A stretch of DNA of 64,000 bases, from NCBI GenBank assembly GCA_945901855.1, contig CAMDLT010000021.1:764-64763 (forward strand), given 5' to 3'. This document shows positions 1 through 9,584 of this stretch, one piece after another (position 1 is the stretch's first letter; each line of letters begins with the position of its first letter). The position numbers and the translations under genes were made by a program. The notes beneath the pieces are model-generated. The model saw only the letters and a program-made list of their open reading frames with translations. It was not told where the DNA came from and searched no databases. The DNA comes from Asaia bogorensis. Its GTDB lineage: Bacteria > Pseudomonadota > Alphaproteobacteria > CACIAM-22H2.

Positions 1-1
1 C

Positions 2-853
2 GCCCATGCCTACGGCATTGCCGGCAGCGCTGCCTCGGGCATCATCGAATATCTGGCCGATGGTTCGTCGACGAAGCGTATGCATGCGGGGTGGGCAGCA
101 CAGGCGGGCATTCGTGCGGCGATGCTGGCGCGCGCAGGCTTCGACGGTCCGGCAACCGTATTCGAGGGGACGCACGGACTGTTCAAAGCGTTTGCGCCGT
201 CGCTCAAGGTACCCGAATTCCATCACCTGACCGACGAGCTGGGTAGCCGCTGGATCGCCGGCGATGTCGCTTTCAAGCCCTATGCCTGCGGGACGATGAC
301 CCAGCCCTATATCGACTGCATGCTGAGCCTGCGCCGGCAAGGGCTCAAGCCCGAGGACGTCGCGAGCGTCGTTTGCGAAGTTGGCGAGGGCACGGTGCAC
401 CGGCTATGGGAGCCGTTGGCGCTGAAGCAGTTGCCGCCCTCGCCCTATGGCGCCAAATTCAGCACGCCCTATTGCCTCGCCGTAGCGCTGGTCGATGGCG
501 ATGCGGGTCTCGCCCAGTTCAGCGATGCGCGTATCGCCGACGCGCGCGTCCAGGCGATGGCAGGCAAGGTCACTTACGTGATCGACCCCGACAACGAATA
601 TCCGGCAAACTATACGGGCCATGTGCGCGTCACGTGCATCGACGGACGCGTTCTTGAGGCACGCCAAGGTTGCCTGCGCGGCGGGGTGCGAGAGCCCATG
701 GCGCTCGACGAGCTCAAGGCCAAATACCGCGCCAACACGGGCTTCGCCGGCCTCGGGCAACAGGCCGCCGAGCGCCTGCTCGCCGCTCTTCTCGACCTTC
801 CCAATCGTTCCGATCTCACCTTCCTGAAAGAGGTTGCCCATGACGACGCCTGA
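2..853 (+). CDS. MmgE/PrpD family protein (2-methylcitrate dehydratase-like), 5'-truncated at the window edge
   Basis: Frame 2 is open from base 2 with no in-frame stop. The peptide AHAYGIAGSAASG...GSRWIAGDVAFKPYACGTMTQPYIDCMLSLRRQG matches the MmgE/PrpD C-terminal region. Stop at 851-853. Confidence 0.75.
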   Translation, partial: AHAYGIAGSAASGIIEYLADGSSTKRMHAGWAAQAGIRAAMLARAGFDGPATVFEGTHGLFKAFAPSLKVPEFHHLTDELGSRWIAGDVAFKPYACGTMTQPYIDCMLSLRRQGLKPEDVASVVCEVGEGTVHRLWEPLALKQLPPSPYGAKFSTPYCLAVALVDGDAGLAQFSDARIADARVQAMAGKVTYVIDPDNEYPANYTGHVRVTCIDGRVLEARQGCLRGGVREPMALDELKAKYRANTGFAGLGQQAAERLLAALLDLPNRSDLTFLKEVAHDDA

Positions 854-1613
854 ATCCGCCGAACTGTCCGGCCGTATCGCGCTGGTGACGGGTGCGGCCC
901 GCAATATCGGCAGGGCCATCGCTGTGGCACTGGCACAGGGCGGTGCGGATGTCGCCGTCCATACCCGTGCAGCGCGCGATCAGGCAGAGGAGACGGCGCG
1001 TCAGGTGCGGGCGCTGGGCCGCCGTGCCGTCGTGGTGACGGGCGATCTTGCGGATCCAGCACAGGCCGATGCCGCCGTGGCACAGGCTGTCGAGGCATTG
1101 GGCGGGCTCGATATCGTCGTCAACAACGCCGCCCTGCGTCGCGAAGGCAAGATCGAAACGATCGATTATGCCGCCTGGCGCGAGATCATGGGAGCGACTC
1201 TGGATGGCGCGTTCCTCGCCACGCGCGCCGCGATGCCGCACATCATCGCCCGCGTCGACAAGGGCTTTGGACGCATCGTCAATATCGGCGGAATGACCGG
1301 GCATAGCGGTGCGCCGGAGCGCGTCCATGTGGTAACGGCCAAAGCGGGCATTGTCGGATTTACCAAGGCGCTGGCGCACGATCTCGCCCCTCACGCCATC
1401 ACCTCGAACTGCGTGGTGCCGGGGATGATCGATACCGTGCGCGGCGGCTCGAACCCGGACAAGGCCGCGCACCATGCAGACCGCAAAATCCTGCTGGGAC
1501 GTCGCGGCCTCCCGGAGGAGGTGGCTGGGGCTGTGCGCTATCTTTGCGGGCCGAGTGCGGCTTTCGTCACCGGGCAGACCCTGCATGTGAACGGAGGCAC
1601 CTATATGCCCTGA
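840..1613 (+). CDS. SDR family short-chain dehydrogenase/reductase
   Basis: ATG at 840 sits 8 nt after an AAGAGG RBS; the listed ORF start at 834 is a TTG. N-terminal TGAARNIGRAIA Rossmann motif, NNAA and a YxxxK-type catalytic region. Length 257 aa is typical of SDRs. Confidence 0.85.
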   Translation: MTTPESAELSGRIALVTGAARNIGRAIAVALAQGGADVAVHTRAARDQAEETARQVRALGRRAVVVTGDLADPAQADAAVAQAVEALGGLDIVVNNAALRREGKIETIDYAAWREIMGATLDGAFLATRAAMPHIIARVDKGFGRIVNIGGMTGHSGAPERVHVVTAKAGIVGFTKALAHDLAPHAITSNCVVPGMIDTVRGGSNPDKAAHHADRKILLGRRGLPEEVAGAVRYLCGPSAAFVTGQTLHVNGGTYMP

Positions 1614-1767
1614 AGGGCGGCGAAGCGCCGACCGTAACGCCGGGCGTTTTCTGATCGGGCCCGCGCCCGGCCCCGCAGTTGACACAGTCTGTTGCCCCGG
1701 CGCATCCCGAACGCACTTGCCGCAGCCTAGGCTGCCGGCGCCTGGTTGCTGAAGATGGCCCCTGCGG

Positions 1768-2781
1768 TCATATCGACGCGCGGATCACGAGCTCGGCCGG
1801 ATGGACAATGCGACGGCTGGGACCGGAATAGCCGTCGATCCTTTCGATCAAAGCGTTCCAAGCGCTGCGCGCCATGTCTTCGATGGGGTGACGGACGATG
1901 GAAAGCGGCGGATCGACAATCAACGCCCAATTCGGTTCGTCGAAAACGAGCAGAGAAATATCGTCTGGAATTCGCACTTTGGACCGTTCGATTGCAGCGA
2001 TCAGCGGCAACGCCAGGATGCTGTTCGACGCGATGATCGCATCCGGGCGCGCGCGGCGGCGTAGCATCGCGTCGATTTGTGCCCCAAATTCGCCGTCGTC
2101 GGCAGCGCGGACGAACGTTTGCGTCTGGACGCCAATTTTCTTTCCCGTGGCGGCGAGTGCGGCCATGCGATGCTGCGTCGTGATCAGTTCGGGCCAGCGC
2201 ACCACGAACGTCAGACGCTTGCGCCCGGCCGCGGCAAGGGCCGCAACCGCATCCGCCATAACGCCGCTGTTGTCCATCGAGACATAGTCGAAGCGCGGAT
2301 CGTCGCTGACGCGGTCGATGACGACGGCCGGCACGCCGGCTGCCGCGATCTGGTCGAAAGCCGCACCCGGCGCGGCCGTCGGCACCAAAAGGATCCCGTC
2401 GACCTGGCGTTCGAGCAATGCACGCGCGCGTCGCACTTCCGTCTCGGGATCGCCGCGACTCAGAACCTGCATGACTTCGTAGCCTTGCTGCGCGCCGATG
2501 CGTTCGAAATTGTCCAGCAGCGCCGCGAAATAGGCACTGGCCGTGTCGTGGGCGATCAGCCCGACGACCCGCGAATGGCGCCGACGCAGACTTTGGGCGA
2601 CCCGATTTGGCAGAAAGCCAAGACTGTCGATTGCGGCGACGACGGCGGCACGTCGGGCATCGCTGACCGGAATTTTTGGATTGAGAACGTTCGAGACTGT
2701 GCCGATCGACACGCCAGCAAGGCGCGCGACGTCGCTGATCGTTGCTTTGGGTCTTTCCCTGAAGCGGCTTGCCTTTGTCAT
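1768..2781 (-). CDS. LacI family transcriptional regulator
   Basis: N-terminal HTH ATISDVARLAGVSIGTVSNVLN followed by a periplasmic-binding-fold sugar-binding domain. Divergent from the dehydratase and ABC locus. Confidence 0.9.
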   Translation of the reverse strand: MTKASRFRERPKATISDVARLAGVSIGTVSNVLNPKIPVSDARRAAVVAAIDSLGFLPNRVAQSLRRRHSRVVGLIAHDTASAYFAALLDNFERIGAQQGYEVMQVLSRGDPETEVRRARALLERQVDGILLVPTAAPGAAFDQIAAAGVPAVVIDRVSDDPRFDYVSMDNSGVMADAVAALAAAGRKRLTFVVRWPELITTQHRMAALAATGKKIGVQTQTFVRAADDGEFGAQIDAMLRRRARPDAIIASNSILALPLIAAIERSKVRIPDDISLLVFDEPNWALIVDPPLSIVRHPIEDMARSAWNALIERIDGYSGPSRRIVHPAELVIRASI

Positions 2782-2799
2782 GGTTCCATTTTATATTTA

Positions 2800-2814
2800 T
2801 TTGAACGTTTCAAT
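2800..2814. promoter_or_regulatory. Candidate LacI-type operator half, copy 1 (TTTGAACGTTTCAAT) in the lacI/dehydratase divergent intergenic region
   Basis: Exact 15-nt reverse complement of 2875-2889. The AACGTT palindromic core resembles LacI/PurR/CcpA-class operators (for example ACGCAAACGTTTGCGT). Confidence 0.5.
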
Positions 2815-2859
2815 CGAGAGCAAAAATTGCTCCGACGGTGGGAGGCACGCAGGCGATCA

Positions 2860-3993
2860 ATGAAGATAACCAAAATTGAAACGTTCAAATATTGGGTAGA
2901 TTGGTGCAATTGGATGTTCGTGCGCATCGAGACCGACGATGGTCTTGTTGGCTGGGGCGAAGCGTCTTTGCATGGGGCGCTCGAATCGGTTGCGACCGCG
3001 ATCGCGGAATTTGCGCCGCACCTGATTGGCGAGGATCCGGCCGGCCCCGAGCGTCACTGGCATCGGCTGTACAACGCGTGGCGTTGGCGCGGCGGTGCCG
3101 TTTTCATGTCGGCCCTCGCCGGCATCGATCTCGCCCTCTGGGACCTCGAGGGCAAGCGCCTTGGCGTACCTGTCCATCGTCTGCTCGGCGGCGCCCATCG
3201 CACGCGCCTGCGGGTCTATGCCAGCCATTGGCTGCGCGCCGCGACGCGTCCCGAGGAGGGCTACGCGCGCGCAAAAGAGGCAGTGGAGCTCGGTTTTACG
3301 GCGTTCAAATATTCCCCGCTGACCCGCGAGGCCCTTAAAGCCGACGAGAGCGGCGCCATTCGTCGCGCGAGCGAGATGATGGCGGCGGCGCGCGAAGGCG
3401 CTGGGCCCGACGTCGACATCTTCATCGAGTGCAGCGAACTTCTGACGCCGCGAACTGCCGTGATGCTCGACCGCGCCTTCGCGCCCTATCGACCGGGCTG
3501 GTTCGAAGAACCGCTCCCATTCGAAAACGCCGCAGCGATGGTGCGATTGCAAAAGGAGATTTCAACGCCGATCGCAACGGGCGAGCGGCTCTTGTCGCGC
3601 TACGAGTTCCGCGAACTTCTCGAGGGCGGCGGCTGCAAGATCGTCCAGCCCGACCTGATGCATGCCGGCGGGCTTACCGAAGTGCGGCGGATCGCGAGTT
3701 TTGCCGACACCTATTACGTGCCCGTCGCACCCCACAATCCGGGCGGACCGATCTGCACGATGGCGTCGATGCATCTCGCAGCCGCGATTCCGAATTTCTA
3801 CGTACTCGAACAGATGGAGCCGCAGCGCGCGTTCCGCGACCGGGCATCGCGGCCAGCGGTGCAGTTCGACGCCGGGCACTTCGTTCTGCCCGATGCGCCC
3901 GGCTTCGGCATCGAGCCCGATCTCGAACTTCTCGCAACGATGCCCTTCCGGCCCCAGCCGCGCAGCGAACGTGGCGGGGCCCTATGGACGTAA
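2860..3993 (+). CDS. Enolase-superfamily dehydratase (mandelate racemase / muconate lactonizing enzyme family; sugar-acid dehydratase-like)
   Basis: ATG at 2860 preceded by a GGAGG RBS at 2841-2845. N-terminal MKITKIETFKY...VRIETDDGLVGWGEA capping domain, and a TIM-barrel region with the KxK / D-E-D metal-ligand pattern of MR/MLE enzymes. The longer listed ORF 2077..3993 overlaps lacI on the other strand, so it was trimmed. Confidence 0.85.
   Translation: MKITKIETFKYWVDWCNWMFVRIETDDGLVGWGEASLHGALESVATAIAEFAPHLIGEDPAGPERHWHRLYNAWRWRGGAVFMSALAGIDLALWDLEGKRLGVPVHRLLGGAHRTRLRVYASHWLRAATRPEEGYARAKEAVELGFTAFKYSPLTREALKADESGAIRRASEMMAAAREGAGPDVDIFIECSELLTPRTAVMLDRAFAPYRPGWFEEPLPFENAAAMVRLQKEISTPIATGERLLSRYEFRELLEGGGCKIVQPDLMHAGGLTEVRRIASFADTYYVPVAPHNPGGPICTMASMHLAAAIPNFYVLEQMEPQRAFRDRASRPAVQFDAGHFVLPDAPGFGIEPDLELLATMPFRPQPRSERGGALWT
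2875..2889. promoter_or_regulatory. Candidate LacI-type operator half, copy 2 (ATTGAAACGTTCAAA), overlapping codons 6-10 of the dehydratase gene
   Basis: Perfect inverted copy of 2800-2814, 60 bp away. It lies inside the first ten codons (MKITKIETFK). Confidence 0.5.
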
Positions 3994-4016
3994 AGAACAA
4001 AAAAGGGAGAGAAACC

Positions 4017-5282
4017 ATGACAAAGTTCGCGACCCTTACCGCCGTCGCCGCCTTGCTGAGCAGTACGATCGGACCGGCAGCGGCGCAGCAGCGGGTTGTC
4101 CTGCAATGGCAGACGCCCAACCTCACCGAGGCGCAATACGAGCCGATCTGGAAACAGACAATCGCCGCGTTCGAGGCGGCGAACCCGAACGTCAAAATCG
4201 AGCCCATTCTCGTGGCGCGCCGCGACCATTGGACGAAGTTCGTCGCCGCAGCGCAGGCCCGCCAGGCGCCGTGCATCGTGGCCGTCGACCTTACGACGGC
4301 AGCCGCCGAAGGCTATCTGCGGCCGATCGACGACCTTTGGGACAAAGAGCCGGCCGCCTTCCGCAATGCGTGGAGCGACGACATGCTCAAATCGGCGCGT
4401 TGGAAAGGCAAGCTCTACGGCCTGCCGAACTGGGGCGGCGTCTACGCCGAAATCTACAATCGCGAGCTCGTGGCGAAGGCAGGGCTCGATCCAAAGAGCC
4501 CGCCCCGGAACTGGGCCGAGTATTTGCAATGGGCGAAGGCGCTGACCGGCACCGACCATTGGGCGACCTCCGTCCTCGGCGGAAAGACCGACACCACCAC
4601 GCGCGTACTGCTGACCTGGATCTACGGGAATGGCGGCGAACCGTTCAATGCCGACATGACCGAATCGCGGTTCGCCAAGGACCCAAAATCTCTCGAAGCG
4701 ATCAAATTCTATCTCGGTCTTTTTTCCGACCATAAGGTCGCCTCGCCCGCACCGACGACCACCAACTATCTCGAGCAGACCGTGCTGTTCTCGCAAGGCA
4801 AGATCGCCACGATGCGAAACGCCTATTGGTCGGTCGCAAAGGTGATCGGCGACAATCCGCAAATCGAAGGCAAGATGTTCGCAGCCCCTTTGCCGGCACA
4901 GATCCCAAATGCGCCGACTCTGGCGACCGTGACCGCGCATTCGATCTCGGAAAGCTGCCGCCATCCCGAAGAAGCGTGGCGCTTCATCAAATTCGACATG
5001 GACAAGAAATGGGCCGTCCAGCGCGCCGTGAAGGCCAACTGGATGCCCCTGCGCCGCGATCTGGCCGACGAACCCGAAATCAAAGCAGATCCCATGCTTT
5101 CCGAGTTCGTGCGGATCGGAACCAATGCCAGGAGCTATCCGTTGCCGCATCCCGCATGGGCCGACATCGCCACCAACGACATCGTCGATGCGGTCCAACG
5201 CGCACTGCTCGACCCGGCGCGCACGGAACAGATCTTCCAGGACCTCGATGTGCGGCTTAGCCGCAAGCTGAAAGACCAATGA
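4017..5282 (+). CDS. ABC transporter substrate-binding protein (CUT1 / family 1 sugar-binding)
   Basis: ATG at 4017 after a GGGAGAGAAACC RBS. Signal peptide MTKFATLTAVAALLSSTIGPAAAQ, then an SBP_bac_1-like body. The listed ORF extension to 3429 overlaps the dehydratase and was rejected. Confidence 0.85.
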   Translation: MTKFATLTAVAALLSSTIGPAAAQQRVVLQWQTPNLTEAQYEPIWKQTIAAFEAANPNVKIEPILVARRDHWTKFVAAAQARQAPCIVAVDLTTAAAEGYLRPIDDLWDKEPAAFRNAWSDDMLKSARWKGKLYGLPNWGGVYAEIYNRELVAKAGLDPKSPPRNWAEYLQWAKALTGTDHWATSVLGGKTDTTTRVLLTWIYGNGGEPFNADMTESRFAKDPKSLEAIKFYLGLFSDHKVASPAPTTTNYLEQTVLFSQGKIATMRNAYWSVAKVIGDNPQIEGKMFAAPLPAQIPNAPTLATVTAHSISESCRHPEEAWRFIKFDMDKKWAVQRAVKANWMPLRRDLADEPEIKADPMLSEFVRIGTNARSYPLPHPAWADIATNDIVDAVQRALLDPARTEQIFQDLDVRLSRKLKDQ

Positions 5283-6202
5283 CGGCAACGGTACGGAAGC
5301 GAGCGCGCGCGTGGACCGGCTACGGTCTCGCGCGCGAGCGCTGGCATGGCTACCTGTTCCTCTTGCCGGTCCTGCTGTTTCTGGCGGCCGTCATCGTCCT
5401 TCCTTTGGCGCACGCGTTCTGGACGAGCCTCCATCGGATTCGCGGTCTGCGTTCGACCTTTGTCGGGCTCGCGAACTACGTTCGTGTCCTCGAAGACGAC
5501 GCGTTCTGGCATGCCTTGAAGGTTTCGTTGGGTTTCGTCTCGGTATCCGTGACATTGCATATGCTCTTGGGCCTCGCGCTTGCCTTGGCCTTGAACGAAA
5601 TTCGGTTTGCCCGGACGGCGCTTCGCGTTGTCTTCCTGACGCCGTGGATGGTTTCGGCGGCCGTCGGCGCGACGATTTGGCTCTGGTTGCTGGAGCCGCA
5701 ATTCGGCGTCGTGAACTATCTTCTTCGCGCGGCGGACATCATCGAGCGACCCGTCGCTTGGCTCGGGGAGCCCGGACCCGCTTTTGCGGCAGTGACGGCC
5801 GTCGAGGTGTGGCGCGGCGTGCCGTTCGTGATGCTCCTGATGTTGGCCGGCCTGCAGACCATCCCGGTCGAACAGTACGAGGCGGCCGATATCGACGGCG
5901 CGTCCGCCTGGCAGCGTTTCAGATGGATCACGCTGCCCAACCTCAAATATCTCCTCGTCGTCGCATCGACCCTCGACATCATCAACGTCGTCCGCCACTA
6001 CGATATCATCGGCATCATGACGGCCGGCGGACCGGCCGGTGCGACCGAGGTTCTGCCAGCACTGCTTTACAACACGGCATTTCGCGCCAACCGCTTCGGC
6101 GAGGCAGCGGCGATCGGCGTGCTGTTGCTTGCCATGGTCCTCGTGTTTTCGATCCTGTATCTGCGAGCGACGCGAATCGGGCGTTCGGGCAGCGACGCAT
6201 GA
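5279..6202 (+). CDS. ABC transporter permease (MalF/UgpA-like, CUT1)
   Basis: Six-TM BPD_transp_1 protein with an EAA-like loop (EQYEAADIDGASAWQRFRWITLP). Start overlaps the SBP stop. Confidence 0.85.
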   Translation: MTATVRKRARAWTGYGLARERWHGYLFLLPVLLFLAAVIVLPLAHAFWTSLHRIRGLRSTFVGLANYVRVLEDDAFWHALKVSLGFVSVSVTLHMLLGLALALALNEIRFARTALRVVFLTPWMVSAAVGATIWLWLLEPQFGVVNYLLRAADIIERPVAWLGEPGPAFAAVTAVEVWRGVPFVMLLMLAGLQTIPVEQYEAADIDGASAWQRFRWITLPNLKYLLVVASTLDIINVVRHYDIIGIMTAGGPAGATEVLPALLYNTAFRANRFGEAAAIGVLLLAMVLVFSILYLRATRIGRSGSDA

Positions 6203-7032
6203 ATCGCCGGTCGGTTGCAGCCTCCGCCGCGCTCTGGGCGACGATTCTCGTCGCCGCCTGCGTGACCATCTTCCCGTTCTACTGGATGCTGAACACGGCG
6301 CTGAAGCCGCACAGCGAAGTTTTTCTGTCGCCGCCGACCTTCGCTTCCGCGAACTGGTCGCTTGCGGCCTTTTCGACGCTGCTGGTCGAGCGGCCCTTCG
6401 CGCGCTATTTCCTGAACAGCCTGGTGGTCTCGGCAGGATCGACGCTGCTTTCGGTGACGCTCGCGGCGCTTGCGGCGTACGGGTTCACGCGGTTCCACAT
6501 CCGCGGCGCTTCGGCGCTGATCGTCTTCCTGCTTTTTACGAAGATGCTTCCCGAGACATTGCTGATCATCCCGTACTTCCGGTTGATGTCGGAACTTGGG
6601 CTCATCAATTCCTACTTTGCCCTGATCCTGGCCTATTCGTCGTTCGCCCTGCCATTCAGCGTCTGGATGCTGATCGGGTTCTTTCGATCCATCCCCCGCG
6701 AGATCGACGAAGCCGCGATTATGGATGGCGCAACGCGGCTTGTGGTTTTCTGGCGCGTGATCTTGCCTCTCGCGCGCCCGGGGTTGGTTGCGGTTGCCCT
6801 GTTCACCTTCCTGATTTCCTGGAACGCTTATGTGTGGGCCCTGGTGCTAACGACGGATCCGTCGATGTTCGTGCTATCGGTTGGGATCGCCAACATGGTC
6901 GGCGAATATCGGGTCCAATGGAACGAGTTGATGGCCGCGGCCGTAATCGCAGCGCTGCCGGTGATCGTGCTGTTCGCATTCCTTGAACGGCATTTGGTAA
7001 GTGCCATCACTGCAGGCGCCGTCAAAGGTTAG
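6199..7032 (+). CDS. ABC transporter permease (MalG/UgpE-like, CUT1)
   Basis: The ATG at 6199 overlaps the upstream stop (ATGA). EAA motif IDEAAIMDGATRLVVFWRVILPLARP. Within the longer listed ORF 5311..7032. Confidence 0.85.
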   Translation: MNRRSVAASAALWATILVAACVTIFPFYWMLNTALKPHSEVFLSPPTFASANWSLAAFSTLLVERPFARYFLNSLVVSAGSTLLSVTLAALAAYGFTRFHIRGASALIVFLLFTKMLPETLLIIPYFRLMSELGLINSYFALILAYSSFALPFSVWMLIGFFRSIPREIDEAAIMDGATRLVVFWRVILPLARPGLVAVALFTFLISWNAYVWALVLTTDPSMFVLSVGIANMVGEYRVQWNELMAAAVIAALPVIVLFAFLERHLVSAITAGAVKG

Positions 7033-7405
7033 GCGTTTCGAGCCGGGGCCACACGGCGTTTGCGGGTTTTCAGTCGCGCTCCTCCAGCCAAATGTGCCCG
7101 ATCGCGCGTCAGTATTGCGCGGCATCTCCCACATCCTGCAACGTATGCATATCCCTTGGATCGCGACTTGGGCTGCAGTCCGTTCCGTTAGCGCACCGTC
7201 GAACAAGGCCTATCTTCGTCTGGAAAGCGGTCGGACTTTCTTGGTGAATTGTCGAGCGCTGGCGGCGCCGCGACGGGGAGCCGACCGCTGCGACGCGGCG
7301 TCGGCTCTCAAAAAGTTCACGAAACCGCAACATGCTTCGAACGCATGCTTGGTACCTCCGTTGGATACGCGCCCGCGTTGGGCACGTCGAATCGGAGAAA
7401 TACTC

Positions 7406-8644
7406 ATGCGCAGATCACTTGCATCGCTGGCACTTGCGGCTGTTCTGGTCGGCAGCGGCACCGGTGCCGTTGCCCAAGATCGTCTGGTCATCGCCGGGCG
7501 CGATGCCGCCTTCGGTACCGCCCTCGCCCGGATGGTCGAAGCCTATCAGCAGCGCAATCCGACGGTCCGCATCGAGCGGCTGGAATTGCCCGGCGGTCCG
7601 CTTTACGAGCGCATCGCGCTCAATGCGCGCGAACGTGCGCGCGCCCTCGACGTGCTGATGCTGGACGACATTTGGGCGCCCGAATTCATGGCCAACAACT
7701 GGCTCGCCAATCTCGATGCGCTGGGCGGCGTGCCGGGCGCCTTCGTCAAGTCGGCCGATGCCGTTTCGCGCAATCCGTTCGGCACGGGTCCGCGCTTCGC
7801 CGCACCGATGGTCGGCAACGTTGCGATGTTCGCGTATCGCGGCGATCTGCTGGCCAAACACGGTTTGCAGCCGCCGCGTAACTGGACGGAAGTCGCCGCA
7901 ATCGCGCGCACAATCCAGGAGCGCGAGCCCGGCGTCGCGGGCGTTGCCTTCCGCGGCATTCGCGGCAACCCGATCGTCACGGGCTTTTTGCCCCTGCTGG
8001 GCGCGTTCGGCGGCGAAGTCGTGAATGCGCAAGGGCGCGCCGCGCTCGACCAGCCCGCAGCGCTGGCAGCGCTCGAGCAGTTCCTCGCGTTGCGCGCGTT
8101 TGCGCCGCGCGGCGTGGAAACATGGAACGCGACGGAAGTGCGCGAAGCCATGGAACAAGGCCGCATCGCCATGTCGATCGAGTTCTGGCCCGGTTGGGCG
8201 GGCACGCTGGACGACGTCGCGCGCTCGCGCGTCGTCGGCAACGTCAATCTGGTCTCCGCCCCCGGCCAAACGCGCGGGCCCTCGCCCATGCTCGGCGCCT
8301 GGATGCTCGGCGTTGCGGCCGACAGCCCGAATGCGGCGCGCGCATTGGACTTCATCCGCTTCGTCGTCTCGGCCGAAAACCAGAAACGTATCGCGATTGA
8401 GACTGGCAATCCGCCCACCTTGGCGGCGCTCTATGCCGATCCCGATCTGGTGCGCCAATTCCGCTGGTATCCGGCGCAGCTCCAAGCGCTGGAGAACGCC
8501 GTCGCGCGGCCGCGTATCGCGCAATGGAACCGCGTCGAGGCGATCTTGGGCGAACATCTGCAGATGGCGCTTGTCGGCCAGATGGCGCCGCGCGAAGCGC
8601 TCGTCGAGGCCAACCGGCAGATCGAACGCGCGTTGGCGCGCTGA
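7406..8644 (+). CDS. ABC transporter substrate-binding protein (second CUT1-type SBP)
   Basis: ATG at 7406. Signal peptide MRRSLASLALAAVLVGSGTGAVAQ. SBP_bac_1-like body. The listed ORF starts at 7001 upstream. Confidence 0.8.
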   Translation: MRRSLASLALAAVLVGSGTGAVAQDRLVIAGRDAAFGTALARMVEAYQQRNPTVRIERLELPGGPLYERIALNARERARALDVLMLDDIWAPEFMANNWLANLDALGGVPGAFVKSADAVSRNPFGTGPRFAAPMVGNVAMFAYRGDLLAKHGLQPPRNWTEVAAIARTIQEREPGVAGVAFRGIRGNPIVTGFLPLLGAFGGEVVNAQGRAALDQPAALAALEQFLALRAFAPRGVETWNATEVREAMEQGRIAMSIEFWPGWAGTLDDVARSRVVGNVNLVSAPGQTRGPSPMLGAWMLGVAADSPNAARALDFIRFVVSAENQKRIAIETGNPPTLAALYADPDLVRQFRWYPAQLQALENAVARPRIAQWNRVEAILGEHLQMALVGQMAPREALVEANRQIERALAR

Positions 8645-8711
8645 AGGCGAACCGGGCGGCGGCAGATCCGCTCGCCGCCCGGATTTCCCTTCGTCGCACC
8701 TGGCCATTTCG

Positions 8712-9584
8712 ATGCGCGCACGGAATCGCTCCTGGCTGCTGTTCGCATTGCTTGCCCCGGCTTTGGCGTTGTTCGCATTGCTGACGTTCTATCCGTTGGT
8801 GCGGCTTCTTTTGCTGTCGTTTGCCGCAACCGATCATGGTTTCGAAGGGGCGACCTTCGTCGGCTTCGAAAACTATACGGAATTGTTGGACGGGCGGTCG
8901 TTCCGCCGCGCGGCCTTGAACACGGCGACGTTCGCGCTGGTTGCCACGGTCGCCGAAGTTTTGGTCGGATTGGGGTTGGCGTTGCTGCTGGACCGGCAAT
9001 TCGCATTCCGGCGCGCCCTGACGCTGGTGGTGCTCGCCCCTTACGTGCTGTCGACGGTCGTCGTCGCGGCGATCTGGCGCGCCTGGTTCCACTACGACAT
9101 CGGCTTTCTCAACAACGCGCTGCGTTCCGTCGGACTCGACGGCGTGCCGTGGCTGTTCGACCCGAATATCGCCTTGCTGTCGATCGCGCTCGCCGATGTC
9201 TGGCAGAACGCGCCCTTTTGTTTCCTGATTCTGTATGCGGGTCTGCGCTCCATTCCGCCCGAACTCTACGAAGCCGCGCGCATCGACGGGGCAGGTGCGT
9301 GGCGGCGCTTTCGCGACGTGACCCTGCCGTTGCTGTCGCCCTATCTGTTCGTGGCGGCTTTGATGCGCACGCTCGATTCTTTCAAATTGTTCGACAAGGT
9401 TTACGCGATGACCGGCGGCGGGCCCGGCAACGCAACGGAAACCCTGTCGATGTTCGTGCACCGCCTCGCGTTTCGATTTTTCGACATCGGGCTCGCGAGC
9501 GCGGCGGCCATCGTGATGATCTTGGTTGCGGGCGCTTTGGGGGCGGTCTACGCGGCGCGGTTGCTGCAACCGGAGACGCGCTGA
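8712..9584 (+). CDS. ABC transporter permease (MalF-like)
   Basis: ATG at 8712 within the listed ORF 8025..9584. EAA loop ELYEAARIDGAGAWRRFRDVTLP. Confidence 0.8.
   Translation: MRARNRSWLLFALLAPALALFALLTFYPLVRLLLLSFAATDHGFEGATFVGFENYTELLDGRSFRRAALNTATFALVATVAEVLVGLGLALLLDRQFAFRRALTLVVLAPYVLSTVVVAAIWRAWFHYDIGFLNNALRSVGLDGVPWLFDPNIALLSIALADVWQNAPFCFLILYAGLRSIPPELYEAARIDGAGAWRRFRDVTLPLLSPYLFVAALMRTLDSFKLFDKVYAMTGGGPGNATETLSMFVHRLAFRFFDIGLASAAAIVMILVAGALGAVYAARLLQPETR

Noticed and set aside
1716-1729. Palindrome GCAGCCTAGGCTGC between the convergent SDR and lacI genes, as a possible terminator
   Set aside because: The stem is only 5-6 bp with a 2-4 nt loop and has no U-tract. It is too weak to call an intrinsic terminator.
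2077-2859. Upstream extension of the dehydratase ORF (listed as 2077..3993); likewise the extensions 3429..4016, 24188..25339, 31710..33176, 35255..35572, 57555..58130 and 49479..50279
   Set aside because: The extensions overlap upstream genes in other frames, or on the other strand. The chosen internal ATG codons coincide with an RBS, signal peptides, and the N-termini of homologous families.
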